A DNA stretch of 64,000 nt. It comes from Candidatus Nomurabacteria bacterium (lineage in GTDB: Bacteria; Patescibacteriota; Minisyncoccia; Phycocordibacterales; SBAW01). The notes under the pieces were generated by a model, which was given only the letters and a program-made list of their open reading frames with translations, was not told where the DNA came from and did not search any database. This document shows, piece after piece, positions 63,295-64,000 of the stretch. Each line of letters opens with the position of its first letter. Within the stretch, counting starts at the first letter, position 1. The position numbers and the translations under genes were made by a program. The DNA lies in contig CALQYT010000001.1 of NCBI GenBank assembly GCA_943348815.1, forward strand, positions 12,488-76,487, read 5' to 3'.

Positions 63295-63588
63295 CTATTC
63301 GGGCGCTGGCGTAAAGCTGTTGACCCATGTCGCAAGAATCAGGAGACGAGTAGATTGATTCATCCCCCACGCACGTCTGCGGGCGATCGACCAAACGTAA
63401 TAGTTGAGGGCGTTCGCCTGTTCGTCGGTGAGCTCGCTGGCCTGGTCGGTCATACGAAGTAACTCGCTCGTAGTCTGCGCTGCAAAGTAACAGTAAGCCC
63501 TCTTCCACCGTAGAAAAAAGGTCTTCTCTCCTATTTGCTTAGATCTTGCGTTCATCTCGAGAAGAACTTGCCACGCTGACCTATTCAT
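63295..63588 (-). CDS. hypothetical protein
   Basis: ORF only. Confidence 0.35.
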   Translation of the reverse strand: MNRSAWQVLLEMNARSKQIGEKTFFLRWKRAYCYFAAQTTSELLRMTDQASELTDEQANALNYYVWSIARRRAWGMNQSTRLLILATWVNSFTPAPE

Positions 63589-63615
63589 GACCCTCTCCTG
63601 CGGGTTGAGACTTCT

Positions 63616-64000
63616 CTATGGCGTGTAGGGCAGAATTTCACCGCCTTTCACAACATAGAAGCGAGGGTCTTTGATCGCACCACCATATTGGTCGAAGGTA
63701 AGTTTGCCCGACGCACCATCCCAGGTTTTGATGTTCATCAGTTCGTTTTTAACTCGCTCAGGATCGGTAGAGCTTGCTTTTTTAATGGCCGCAACAAGGA
63801 TGTTTGCGGCGTCATATACCGCGTCCGAGCCGGTGAATGGTTTTGTACCGTATCGCTTCTCAAATTTTTCAGTAAAGGCAGATTGTGGAGACTCTGAACT
63901 AATATAGATAGTTCCTTCCAGTGTGCCGTTCGCTTCTTCAACACGTTCGCTTCCAAGCGCCACGCTATAAAAGGGCACTTTGATGCCGAAGGTACGCATA
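63616..64000 (-). CDS. ABC substrate-binding protein (LivJ-like), C-terminal portion; the gene continues beyond the window end
   Basis: ...TWDGASGKLTFDQYGGAIKDPRFYVVKGGEIL is a typical C-terminus of branched-chain amino-acid binding proteins. A paralog of the 60529 gene. Confidence 0.55.
   Translation of the reverse strand, partial: MRTFGIKVPFYSVALGSERVEEANGTLEGTIYISSESPQSAFTEKFEKRYGTKPFTGSDAVYDAANILVAAIKKASSTDPERVKNELMNIKTWDGASGKLTFDQYGGAIKDPRFYVVKGGEILPYTP

Noticed and set aside
1-64000. CRISPR arrays, rRNA genes
   Set aside because: No regularly spaced direct repeats with unique spacers were seen. The repeats present are inverted (mobile-element IRs, MITE-like arms, short palindromes). 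No 16S, 23S or 5S-like conserved stretches were recognised.

Overview
The window is a compact, gene-dense stretch with short genes, 4-bp gene overlaps, several Tat and Sec signal peptides, and conjugation-type (T4SS) genes; this resembles a reduced-genome bacterium such as a CPR/Patescibacteria lineage, though that is my inference. The region around 32.7-35.9 kb carries the chromosomal origin genes: dnaA and dnaN on the minus strand, divergent from rpmH, rnpA, yidC and jag on the plus strand. The rest is mostly housekeeping: ruvX, ruvA, ruvB, ruvC, yebC, polA, tsaE, prmC, tyrS, a class A penicillin-binding protein, ksgA, a UvrD/PcrA helicase, comM, rpsT, a Mur ligase, and five intact tRNAs (Arg-TCT, Ser-TGA, Arg-GCG, Arg-CCG, Lys-TTT).

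Four things stand out.

1. A 12-kb operon of ten genes, all on the minus strand (35961-47958), encodes a minimal Gram-positive-type type IV secretion system: a VirB4 ATPase, a VirB6/TrbL-like polytopic membrane protein, a VirB3/PrgI-like small membrane protein, a pilin-like protein and several secreted or membrane-anchored proteins. There is no VirD4 coupling protein or relaxase in the operon or in the window, and no sign of a mobile-element context, so it looks like a chromosomal, non-conjugative T4SS.

2. A roughly 3.8-kb AT-rich element is inserted at the 3' end of tRNA-Ser(TGA). It carries a large serine recombinase and a cargo of an XRE-family HTH regulator, an NTF2/DUF4440-like protein and a 385-aa HExxH-motif protein. 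It is bounded by perfect 120-bp and near-perfect 189-bp nested inverted repeats that share a 5-bp CCGCC core with the tRNA end. The three sites have the topology of an attL-like site, an inverted intact attP-like site, and an attR-like site.

3. Two small GIY-YIG nuclease genes each end with a TAA stop directly abutting the +1 nucleotide of a tRNA gene.

4. Two short repeat families recur through the window. One is a GC-rich palindrome, CCCCGAC-N6-12-GTCGGGG, found beside tRNAs, beside a GIY-YIG gene, and in frame inside ruvA. The other is a MITE-like GTATCAAG/CTTGATAC inverted-repeat element that sits immediately 5' of the ruvA, ruvC and rnpA start codons; one copy carries a four-helix-bundle protein gene inserted between yebC and ruvC.

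No rRNA genes and no CRISPR arrays were found.
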